From Craspedostauros australis (lineage: Eukaryota), in assembly GCA_030167865.1 (NCBI GenBank), contig JALAGF010001848.1, positions 124,001-158,179 on the forward strand: 34,179 nucleotides of DNA. The letters are read 5' to 3'. Both the position numbers and the translations under genes were made by a program. Numbering within the stretch: position 1 is the first letter of the stretch; each line of letters starts with the position of its first letter. Below are positions 21,112-31,403 of this stretch, in pieces. The notes under the pieces were generated by a model, which was given only the letters and a program-made list of their open reading frames with translations, ran no database searches and was not told where the DNA came from.

Positions 21112-24100
21112 TCACAACAACGACGACTGGAAGTTTTGATGTTGCGGGTCGTTGTGAGGCAGCTCTCGTCGCGCCAGGTACGCTGGTGGAGTTCTTTCGC
21201 TAGGCTGGGACCGGTCCGAAACGCCCTTCAGCAAATTGGCCATCAAAGGCGCCAACGATGCGGAGATGACGCTGGAGCCCGCTTCGCTGAATGTCTGGAA
21301 GGTTGGTCTGCGGTTGTGGCTCGTCGAGTTGCTGCTGCTTTGCGACGACACCGATCCCAATCGTTTCCTCCACCTGCCGCAGTTCGCGTTGCTTGTGTCA
21401 GAACTGAGGTCCAGAACTGGATCATGCTCCAACTGAACGTCGTGCAGATCCATCTCGTCTGCGGGACCAAACTGTTGCTGCGACTGCTGAGTCTGCTGGT
21501 ACTGGTGTTGGCGGTCGTGATGGTGGAGATGACTTGCCGATGACGCCGGCTGGTGGTGGATGCCGGAATGGTATGATTCTTGCATCGGTTGATGAGATGT
21601 AGGCCGTCCTTGTGGTCCCCGGTGGACGTCAACATCATTCAACGCCTGGGTGAGGATGCTTCGTTGATCGGGTGTTAGTGGATCATTTCGGAAGCTCAGC
21701 TTGAGCGGCCTGGATCGGGATTTGATCGCGCGTCGGATGCTATCGAATGTCCATGGACCATTCTCCACGGATATGCCATCGAACGCAACCAATCTGGCTC
21801 CCAGCTTCGGTCGGTTCATGGACAGGGACAAGTTGAAACCTTCGAAGCCACAGACAAGAACGAAATCGCTCGGCGTCGCCACTTGGCACGTGTTCAGGGC
21901 AGATGATGACAAATCATTGACCCCACGCTCCATCAATGCATCTCCATGACCGCCCACGAACATGTCAGCCTTGATGGCTTCCGTCAGGAGCCCTCTGGAT
22001 TGCGCTTCCTTGGGAGGCGGTGGCACCTTGCAAAATTGAATACCGATCTTTTGTGAATGAAACTCCAGGTGGTACACTCTCCACGTGTCCCCGTGCGACA
22101 TGGTTGACGAATCTTTGCTATCGTCGTAGGTTTCGACGATGTCCGCCAACGGACACGATATCCTTGACGTTGCTTGGCCGTTGGACGTGATGGCAGGCGT
22201 TTCGCACGACATTCCAGCTGATCGTTCCGAATCCGTGCCATTGCCATTGCCGTAGTTGTTGCTGTGACTGTTGTCATCGATGTCGATATGGTCCAGATCT
22301 TGATGGATTGATGACATGTTAGAGGATGGTGCATCGGTGTTGTACTTTCGAAATACGTGCTGGGAATGACTGGTCGAGCCAATCGACGGCGCAACTGATG
22401 ACGCATCGCCATTTTCCGCGATCAACGATGAAACACCAGACAGCGAAACGATGCATTGATTGTCGTCGTGATTGCTGCTGTCCTTGACATCTCTTCCCTT
22501 GCTGGTTCCATTCACAACCTGCTCCCCAGTGCTGTCATCATATTCATCATGGTCGTCTTCATCATCGTCGTCTTCACTATCGCTGCTGAGGAGGTTGCGG
22601 TCTGTGCCACCAACGACACTGCTAACGACACTGCTGAATCGTGTTGCGTCAGGATTTTTATTCGTCGAACCATCAACATCATCACCATCTTCTTCCGTAC
22701 TATCGTCATCGCCGCCATCGCTGCTACCAGAGCTCTGGTCATCCAGCAATGACAGTACCTTTGGTCGCAGGGGTGACATGACAGTCCTTTGCTGCGAAGG
22801 GGCACCGCCATTTGCCGCCGATGTCGTGAGCATATCCCTACTTGGGCTGCCGCTCCTGTGCTCCTCGACTCGATCAACGACTCGACCAACGACTCGGTCG
22901 TCATCGTACAGAGACAGCGGCGTTGCAGCGTTTGTACGACCTGCTGTCAATGTGGTCGTTTGCGTCATGTCTTTCGCAGTCTTACCATCCCTGCCGTTGT
23001 CATTGCTGTCGTTGGTGTTCTTGTTCTTGTTGGTACCGTCGACGATTGGGCCCTTTCGCAAGTACTTTTCATTCAGCCGAATGCTAGTGCTGACGTGCTC
23101 CTCCAGCTCGCTGAACAAACGTTCCTCGTCGCTCGCAAGGAAACCATCATCGGCGGCGTCCTGCTGAGGCTGATGCCGGTGCTGCACAACCCCAGACTGC
23201 GTCAGCTGCGATTTTCCACCCAACGTCGCTGGCAGAGATGCCGATACATTCGCCCGCCTCCGCTGGCTCTCCTCCAGATGTCTTTGTCGTTGTTGTTGCA
23301 GCTGCTGCTTTTGCCGCTGCTCTTCCTCCAGCTGCATGGTGTGGATTGCCTTCAGTTCGCGCACGAGAACGCGCTTGTCCCGCTTCTTCTGTTTCAACGT
23401 TTTGCGCACGGCCTTATTTTCCTTCCTCAGCGCACAGTTTTCCTCCCATAGCTTGAGGATGTGCTTTTCTGCCTTTTGCATCCGTTTCTCCGTCAGTGCA
23501 TGCTGCTTGTGCGATTCTTTGAGGTCACCGTCCAAGCTGTCCATCACATTGTTGGCTTCCTTCAAGGACTGATGCACTCTATCGCACAGACGAGATAGTA
23601 ACGAGAGGGAATCTTCGGAAGACATCAAAGCAGACTCGGAGATTTCTTTGGTGGGTGACGTTTGCTCCATGCTTTCGTTTTCTTTGCCTTCACCTTCACC
23701 TCTATCGTCTCCACTGACTCCACCGTCTCTACCGTGTCCGTCGTTGCGACATACTCCATCGTCTACAGTGCCTGCCTGATGCTGCGCCTTCGTTGGTACT
23801 TCCTTGTCGTTCTCCGAATAATCGCCATCGCCAGGATCCTCCTTGCTTTCATCGCCGAGAGGAGCGTCGTCTTCGACCATGGAATCATCGAGCTGGAGCT
23901 GAAACTTGATGGAAACCTTCTGCGCCAACGATCCGAGCTGTCGCTCGATGCTTTGATACTGATGCTTCCAACTTTGCGCATCTTCGATAGCGTCATCTCG
24001 TTCCTGCTCTATCATTGCATACATGGCCAGCTGATCCTGAAGTTCCTTTATCTGCAGCTGCCGTTTTTGGCAACGCTGCGATACGACTTCCACCTGCTCC

Positions 24101-25218
24101 TTCTGGTAGTCCAGTTGTTCCTCCTGAAGGTTCTTCATCCACTCCTGCGCTTGGTCTTTGGATCGAGCCTCCAGGACGACGTTGCGCGGAAGCGCCTGGT
24201 GCGAATTGGCGCCGTGGTTGGGGTTGGAGAGCTGCAGGATGAAACGGAACCTGCCGTCCGATGGCTGTCCGTCCGGGCTGAGCGGTTGTATCTCACAGTT
24301 CTGCAAATCCAAGGCACCACGGGGGAGAACGTCGTTGGGGGACAGGTAGTAGTAGAGCTTCGTCGTCTGCTGCAGAACGAAGAATCGGCGTTTGAATTCC
24401 GGGATGTTGGCTCCAAGCTTGTTGAGGTACCCGGCCTTTGATGCAACACGCGACAGCGTCGCCGCGGATTGATGCGTGCTGTGCAGTGGAGCGTTCAGAG
24501 TGCCGTTTCCATTCGAATCATCGTTGGAACTGCCGCCATGCCCATGCCCATGCACATGCCCATTCATACTGCTGTTACTGCTGCTGTTGTTGCTGCGGCT
24601 GTTACTCCCGCCACCGCCACGGCCATCGAAAAGACTGTTGCCACCACTGGCGCCGTAGTTCACGCCATGGTTCGCACCATGCGGTGTCGCTGAAGCGTGA
24701 AAGTGGTAACTTGATGCCGCCGAAGCGCTGCTGGCGTGGGATGCGACGGAATACGGCGTCGACATCAAGCCGGGCGTACCCGTGCTAGAGCTGGTGCTCA
24801 CCTTTCTGCGTGACGTTGATTTGGAGGACAGCGGAGTGGACACAGCTGCCAAGAACTTGCCGACCGTCGAAGTGGCCGACTTTGGCGTGTCGAATAGCTG
24901 CCGCCGCTTCCCCTGTTGCCGTTGATGGCTGTTCATCGCATTCTGCAGCGATGAGGCAGAACCAGCGTTCGGATCAAGCACCAGGGGCGCCAGGTTGCTG
25001 GATGGGGTTGGATATCGTGGCTGGGGGGTCTGGTAGGGATCATTCTCGGTGGCATGCGCAGAGTTCTGGGGAGATTGGAAGAGCTGTCTGTTTTGCTGAG
25101 CGGCATGCGCGCCGCGGCGTGCTTGCTGTTGCTGTTGATGCGAACGATCCTGCGAATGATGCTGGCGCTTCTGGGAGCCGTGGCTTGGCGTGGAAAAGGC
25201 CGAAGCGTTCGGAAGCAT
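21112..25218 (-). CDS. 1368-aa protein with a PH domain, coiled coils and a C-terminal PDZ-like domain
   Basis: Long single ORF. PH domain: KAGYLNKLG...FKRRFFVL...LYYY...PRGALDL...VVLEARSKDQAQEWMKNLQ (~24445-24120). Heptad-rich helices follow (LKLWEENCALRKENK). The C-terminal LEFHSQKIGIQF...PKLGARLVAFDGISV...TFDSIRRAIKSRSRPLKLSFR resembles a degenerate PDZ fold. Confidence 0.85.
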   Translation of the reverse strand: MLPNASAFSTPSHGSQKRQHHSQDRSHQQQQQARRGAHAAQQNRQLFQSPQNSAHATENDPYQTPQPRYPTPSSNLAPLVLDPNAGSASSLQNAMNSHQRQQGKRRQLFDTPKSATSTVGKFLAAVSTPLSSKSTSRRKVSTSSSTGTPGLMSTPYSVASHASSASAASSYHFHASATPHGANHGVNYGASGGNSLFDGRGGGGSNSRSNNSSSNSSMNGHVHGHGHGGSSNDDSNGNGTLNAPLHSTHQSAATLSRVASKAGYLNKLGANIPEFKRRFFVLQQTTKLYYYLSPNDVLPRGALDLQNCEIQPLSPDGQPSDGRFRFILQLSNPNHGANSHQALPRNVVLEARSKDQAQEWMKNLQEEQLDYQKEQVEVVSQRCQKRQLQIKELQDQLAMYAMIEQERDDAIEDAQSWKHQYQSIERQLGSLAQKVSIKFQLQLDDSMVEDDAPLGDESKEDPGDGDYSENDKEVPTKAQHQAGTVDDGVCRNDGHGRDGGVSGDDRGEGEGKENESMEQTSPTKEISESALMSSEDSLSLLSRLCDRVHQSLKEANNVMDSLDGDLKESHKQHALTEKRMQKAEKHILKLWEENCALRKENKAVRKTLKQKKRDKRVLVRELKAIHTMQLEEEQRQKQQLQQQRQRHLEESQRRRANVSASLPATLGGKSQLTQSGVVQHRHQPQQDAADDGFLASDEERLFSELEEHVSTSIRLNEKYLRKGPIVDGTNKNKNTNDSNDNGRDGKTAKDMTQTTTLTAGRTNAATPLSLYDDDRVVGRVVDRVEEHRSGSPSRDMLTTSAANGGAPSQQRTVMSPLRPKVLSLLDDQSSGSSDGGDDDSTEEDGDDVDGSTNKNPDATRFSSVVSSVVGGTDRNLLSSDSEDDDDEDDHDEYDDSTGEQVVNGTSKGRDVKDSSNHDDNQCIVSLSGVSSLIAENGDASSVAPSIGSTSHSQHVFRKYNTDAPSSNMSSIHQDLDHIDIDDNSHSNNYGNGNGTDSERSAGMSCETPAITSNGQATSRISCPLADIVETYDDSKDSSTMSHGDTWRVYHLEFHSQKIGIQFCKVPPPPKEAQSRGLLTEAIKADMFVGGHGDALMERGVNDLSSSALNTCQVATPSDFVLVCGFEGFNLSLSMNRPKLGARLVAFDGISVENGPWTFDSIRRAIKSRSRPLKLSFRNDPLTPDQRSILTQALNDVDVHRGPQGRPTSHQPMQESYHSGIHHQPASSASHLHHHDRQHQYQQTQQSQQQFGPADEMDLHDVQLEHDPVLDLSSDTSNANCGRWRKRLGSVSSQSSSNSTSHNRRPTFQTFSEAGSSVISASLAPLMANLLKGVSDRSQPSERTPPAYLARRELPHNDPQHQNFQSSLL

Positions 25219-26270
25219 CTTGTATTCGACGGTGCTCCGCGGCTGTTGCAGCTGCTCCGGCTGACCACCTGCCCTCCGAGCTGCTCCTGCGAACTGCTCC
25301 TACGAGTACTTCGAAGCGCGCACGTGTGCAAGTATGATGGTGTTACTCCAAGAATTCAGCCCTTGCAACTCTCCCATGATCTTTCGTCCTCGTCGTTGCT
25401 CTCTATGCGAGTAGAGGATGTTGTTTGTGTTGTCGCTGCTCGTAGCCGTATAGTACAACTACTCTCTTGAGTATTGGTGCTCGGAGCCCGTTTCTGTCGT
25501 TTCGTTCTGCCTGTTGCGTCGGCTCTCTCGTGACCTCTCCTTCTTGTTCGATGGAGCATTGGTCGGTCGTGTCTGTCCACGCTCGTTTCAGTGGCTTCGT
25601 GGTGTGGGTTTTGGCGGGAACGAAAACGAAAATTTGGTTTCTTGTGGATGGAGCTCGCGAAGTGCACAGATGGACCTCGTGGTTTGCGTTGTGTTGGCTT
25701 GTTCGTTTGTCTGAATAATGTCTGCACAAGGTCGGCCGCACGTACGACCCAATCGACCAAACGATGTCTGCGTCGAGACCCGCCGAAGGTCAACGAACTT
25801 TTTGATGGCAAGGCGAGTGCGGACGAAGGATACTTCTGTTTCGGAGCTGATCTCAACAGATCTCTGGTCGTTGTTGTTGGAATCAGCAAACAAGGGAAAG
25901 CTTCGGCAACCGCAGCCACAGCTGCGTGAAGAGCAAGGCCAGCAACAACGACAGGAGACACAGCACCACACACAATACAAACACAAGCAGACCACACGAA
26001 GGATCCCAAGGGTCTATTGCAAGAGAGGCATCGGTTGCGTGCCATTCTCTAGAATACTCAAGAGGATCACAAGCATCTACGAAGCACATCACGCATCATC
26101 GCAGATCGTCCCGTCAGGTCATTATCTTGGGCCGAGAAGAGCAGAACAGAGGAGAAGAGAAGGAAATAAGGCAGCAGAGGCAGATTGTGTTCACCAAAAG
26201 ATTCGCACTGCCAAGCAACTGAATAAGCTAGCAGGTATTATATAATACTCTGTAGAGACAATCAGCAAGC

Positions 26271-29200
26271 ATGTTGGCAACCATGAGCGCACCGTCGCAC
26301 AGACCAGCCGTGGCAACCGCCACCGGGCTCGTGGCCATGCTGCAGGAACCAAGCGTGCAGGTCAAGTCCAAGGTGTTGGGGAAGCTGCTGGCATGCGTGG
26401 ACACTCTGTGGCACGAGGTGGCCGAGAGCCTGGCCGACCTGGAGTCGCTCGCGGAGGACGCCGACATGACCAAGGAGGTCCGACAGACGGCGGCGGCAGT
26501 GGCCAGCCGGGTCTTCTTCCATCTCGAAGAGCCCACGCAGGCGCTTCGCTTGGCGCTGGAGGCAGGCGAGGAGCACTTCAATCCGCAGATCAAGACGCCG
26601 TACGTGGAGAGACTGATCACGGCCGCCTTGGATGCGTACGTGCAGGAGCGGCAGAAGCTGATGGACGGGGACGACGCCAAGCCGGGAGCAACGGACGAGG
26701 AGGATGAGGTCGGCATTCCGCCGGAACAGCTGCAGGCCATGGTCTACCGTCTTCTGACGCAGTGCATCGAAGAGGGAAACTTCAAGCATGCCATCGGCAT
26801 CACCCTCGAGGCACACGAGCCAGACAAGCTCAAGGACGTCCTCGTTGCGTCCAAGCTGGACCCCGCCATGCTGCGATACGCTTTGGAGTCCTCCGTCGAC
26901 TTGGTCTCCAGCAAGGCATTCCGACAGCAGTCCCTGCAGATCATCGCCGACTGTCTCCAGGAAAAGCTCAGCGCGGACAACTCTGCAGCCGTGGACCTCG
27001 TCCTGGTCTACCAGCTCCTCAGACAGCCAGAGAAGGTCGCGACAGTCTTTTCGAATCTGCTGCAATCGGCAAATACCGACGACGGTCTGCTCGCGCTGCA
27101 GTTATGTTTTGATGTTGCGGACAGCGGTGACCAAGCCTTCGTCACGTCAGTCGCGACCGTGCTGCAGGACAAGAAGCCGGAAGCAGATCCGACCGGGTGC
27201 TGGACCCAAATGGAAAAGATCATGACGGGAGGATTCACGTCCGAGCTGGCCCTCAGCTTCCTGCACAAGCAATCGAACGCAGATCGCCTCGTCATGGACA
27301 ACCTCAAGAAGTCCATGGAAGAGCGTGGCAGCGGTGGACGTCTCTCCATTCTGCACAACGCGGCAGTCATGACGCACTCCTACCTCCACGCCGGCACCAC
27401 CAACGATTCCTTCCTTCGGGATCATTTGGATTGGATGAAGAAGGCGTCCAATTGGTAAGTGGCTTTGCCATTCCTCCTGTTCCCGTTGTGCTCCAACGAA
27501 GATCCGCGCATTTGAGTTTGTGGCTTTTGCTGGCTGGAGGGCTGACGCTGACGCTTCGAACTGTCTCTCTCACACGCACTCACTTGCTCTCATTGATGTG
27601 ATACATTTACTATTTCTTTCAATCCAATGCCATGCAATGCAATACCCTACCCTACCCTGACTGTGCCGTGCAGGGCAAAGTTCTCTGCGACAGCGTCGTT
27701 GGGAGTGATCCATGCCGGGCACCTCTCTGAGGCGACACACTTGCTGCAACCATACCTGCCACCAAATCCTTCGGCAGATGGCGACGGGGCTGGCGGCGTT
27801 CCCACAACTGGCGGCTATGCCGAGGGCGGATCGTTGTATGCGCTCGGTCTCATACATGGTTCTCACTCGGGATCGTCCGTGGAGAAGCTGAAGGAGACAT
27901 CTGACTTCCTCCGAACCCATCTGAGAGCTTCGCATACCAACGAAGTCATCAGCCACGGCGCGGCCTTGGGTGTCGGCCTCACATCCATGGGCAGCGGCGA
28001 ACTGCCGATCGTGCTCGAGCTCAAGGAACTCCTCGACACCGACTCTGCCGTTGCTGGCGAAGCTGCCGGCATGGCGATGGGAATGGTGCTCGTGGGAACA
28101 GGCGCAGGCAATACCAACAACTCTCTGCCATCAGGCAACAAGGAAGAAATCATGGAGCTCATTGCGGAACTGAAGAACTACGCGCGCGAAACGCATCACG
28201 AAAAGATCATCCGCGGAATCTCGATGGGACTTGCCCTCATGCAGTACGGACAGGAGGAGAATGCAGATGCCTTCATCGAGGAAATGCGCAGCGATCGCGA
28301 CCCCATCCTTCGCTACGGCGCGCAATACGCGCTGGCGCTGGCCTACATCGGTACAGGATCCAACAAGGCCATCCGGATCTTGCTTCACACAGCTGTCAGC
28401 GACGTCAACGACGACGTGCGCATGGCAGCCGTGCTCGGCCTTGCATTCGTCCTGTACAAGACACCAGAGCGCGTTCCGCAACTCGTCAAGCTGCTGCTCG
28501 AAAGTTTCAACCCGCACGTGAGATACGCGAGTTGCATGGCAGTTGGAATTGCCATGGCAGGAACGGGTGACTCCGGCAGCATCGCCTTGCTCGAACCGAT
28601 GCTGGAAGACATGACGGACTACGTGCGGCAGGGCGCGATCATGGCCACCGCGATGATCTACATGCAGCAGAGCGATACCTGCAACGGACGCAAGATCAAG
28701 ACCTTCCGCGAGAAGCTCTCCGGCATCGTCAGCGAGAAGCATCAAAGCACTTTGACCAAGATGGGTGCCATCCTCGGAATCGGCATCATCGATGCGGGTG
28801 GTCGCAACTGCTCATTGATTTTGGGTTCCCGAACAGGCTTCACCAAGCTCAGCACGGCCGTCGGTCTCGTGATGTGGTTGCAGCACTGGCACTGGTACCC
28901 CATGATGCACATGTTCAGCCTCGCGCTGACGCCAACATACACCATCGGACTCAACAAGGTACGTCATCATCGCAGGCTTCCGTTGTTCGTCGTCCTCGCG
29001 TTGGAAGTGCGGCTCGCACTGATGCAATGTTGGTGCAATGGTGACTGTAGTAGATCGTCTTGCCGTTCGACGGCCGAAAGGGAGCGACCATAAGATGTTC
29101 GTTCCACCTTCGGTCTGCACATTCGTTTGAGTTCTCTCGTTGCATCTCTCGTTTTTTCTCACATTGTGCATGCATTTTGACATTCCACACCTCTTCTTCG

Positions 29201-30087
29201 CTCCAATCCATCGATCCGTGCGTTCGTGCGTTCGCTTGTTGCCTTTTCTTGTCTGCTTTCTTCGTGAAATTGATGCGTCATCATACTAATACGTATGCTT
29301 CGTTCCACCTACGCTCACCAATCATCAACAGGAATTCAAATACCCCAAGAGATTCGAGGTGCAGTGCAACTCCAAGCCGAGTGTGTTTGCGTACCCCAAG
29401 AAGCTTGAGGAGAAGAAGGAGGAACGCAAGAAACGCGTCGAGACAGTGACTCTGTCCACGACCGCAAAGGAGAAGGCGCGGCTCGCACGGAAGAAGGCGA
29501 AGGAGGATGGAGGCGATGACGGCGCTGGTGCTGACATGGATGTCGATCCTGAGGATTCCAAGACTGCGGACGCAACAGGTGCCGCCGACGATGGCAAAGA
29601 CAAGAAGGGCGCCGCAAAGGACGAAAAGATGGACGTCGACGTCAAAGAAGGGGAGGAGAAGACAGAGACGACCGAGAAGAAGAAGCGAAAGAAGAGAGAA
29701 CCGGAGCCGACCGAGTTCAGATTACACAACCCATCCAGAATCACACGGGCGCAAGCGGGCGTGTGCTCCTACGACTTGTCGCAGCGGTACGTTCCAATCC
29801 GTCCTGATGCCACGCCACTTGGTGTCCTGGTCTTGAAGGACACCACCCCGGGCGAGAAGGAGGAGCTCGGAACGATCAAGGCACCTTCGTTGCAACCGGA
29901 GGGGGAGACAGCACCACCGGAACCGTTCGAGTGGGAACCTCCAGCCGAAGAGGAGGAACCTCCTGCCGCCGAACCAGCTGCGGTACCAGCCTCTGCTGAT
30001 GGTGAAGGGAAGGATGGCGCAACCGATGACAAGGCAGCGAAGGAGTCAGGTGAAGAAGAAACGAAGAACGAGGAGGGAGAAGCGTAG
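26271..30087 (+). CDS. RPN2: 26S proteasome regulatory subunit RPN2/PSMD1 (~1074 aa); exons 26271-27454, 27674-28958, 29332-30087
   Basis: Splicing TG|GTAAGT...CAG|G restores NWAKFSATASLGVIH, and AAG|GTACGT...CAG|GAA restores GLNKEFKYPK. Other motifs are HAGTTNDSFLRDHLDW, PC repeats (GGSLYALGLIH, ETHHEKIIRG, AVSDVNDDVR, FNPHVRY, IIDAGGRN), AYP and the C-terminal PPEPFEW. Confidence 0.97.
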
Positions 30088-31403
30088 GCCGACACCCCTG
30101 AACAACACAAGCTTAAGCACAACCATGATGGTATACTGTTGCAAGCATAAGAAAAAGGAACAGGAACAAGCATAGGGTGCTGTACTCTCTCTCTCTCTCT
30201 GGGACGAATATCCCTTCAGCAAAATGCTGGAGACTGGGCTGGGCATTTGGAACTCTGAGTTGGCTGTCTGTCTGTTTGTTCGTTCATCGATACTGGATGT
30301 CTGTGGGTTGGTCTGTCTTTGAGCTTCGGGGCGAGCTCCTCGTATGTGTGGTGGCCCTTGCGTGTGAACCGGTGCGATTGCGATGTCTGAGAGCGTCGTT
30401 CGCTCAGAACGGTGACATCTTGGTGGTTCGTATTCCCGGCTGCTTCCACCGGCAGAGATGTCACCAGAAAGAATCCGGCCGCGCACCCGATTTTATCCAC
30501 CTCACGTTTCTGTTGTTTCTGGCTGCTTCGCTGTGGTGGCATTCGCAAAGTCGTCACCTTCAGAAGTGATTATGATACGAACGGATCGAGGCTTTCCTGC
30601 ATGAACGAGCAGCCTCCCTGAACAGTCTTGTGAGGGAGTCTTGTTCTTGCCGTTCGCACCCATGTCACACATATATGGAGAGGCCAACAGGTCCACACGA
30701 GAAGAGCGTGTGTGTATACACACACGCGCAGAAGCAGTATCTTGTGCTCGCGGATACTTCTCCTGTTTCTGTCCCAGAGCAGCAACACCAAAACCCATCA
30801 GGGCAGTAAGCGCGGTTTGTACGACAATCCACCTCCTGAAGGGCTGAATAGGAGTTGGCGCGGCGATGAGCCTATTCACTGAACGGAGACAGGAACGCCG
30901 AGAAAGAGCCCGTCCTGAGACAGCATGAACACGCCCACACACACATGCATTCGCATGCGTTCACGAATGCCCTCTTGGCAATATCAAGACATTCCTTTGA
31001 TCACTTGAGCGTGCGAGGACGATCAGGAGAGGGGTTGAAGCAACTTCTGCGCAGCATCTGCCTGCTGAATGTCCACCATACATACGGACGAGCCACGAGA
31101 TACGAGCTGCCCACGCCGATGTACAACGAGTGCTGTTTTGAACACATGTCCAACTGCACAAGACGGGGCGCTGTCGAAGATAGCCTCGCGTCCCACGTTC
31201 TCATCTTCTACGAGTATCCATGGCACCCACACCCGCACTCGCACACATGTGTCCTCTGTGACGCCAAGAGAGGATCGCTGAGCACCCGCTTGGTTATTGC
31301 TCTCACAAATCAGATTCCTGACAATCAGAAAGCACAGCCACAAACACACAAGTATTTCGAACAACAAACGTCAAAGCGAAAAAACAAAACCACTTTCATC
31401 ACC

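Noticed and set aside
30945..31403. 153-aa N-terminal extension of the ABCG ORF
   Set aside because: It is UTR-like, A/C-rich and contains the intergenic octamer; ACC-ATG at 31404 gives a normal ABCG N-terminus.
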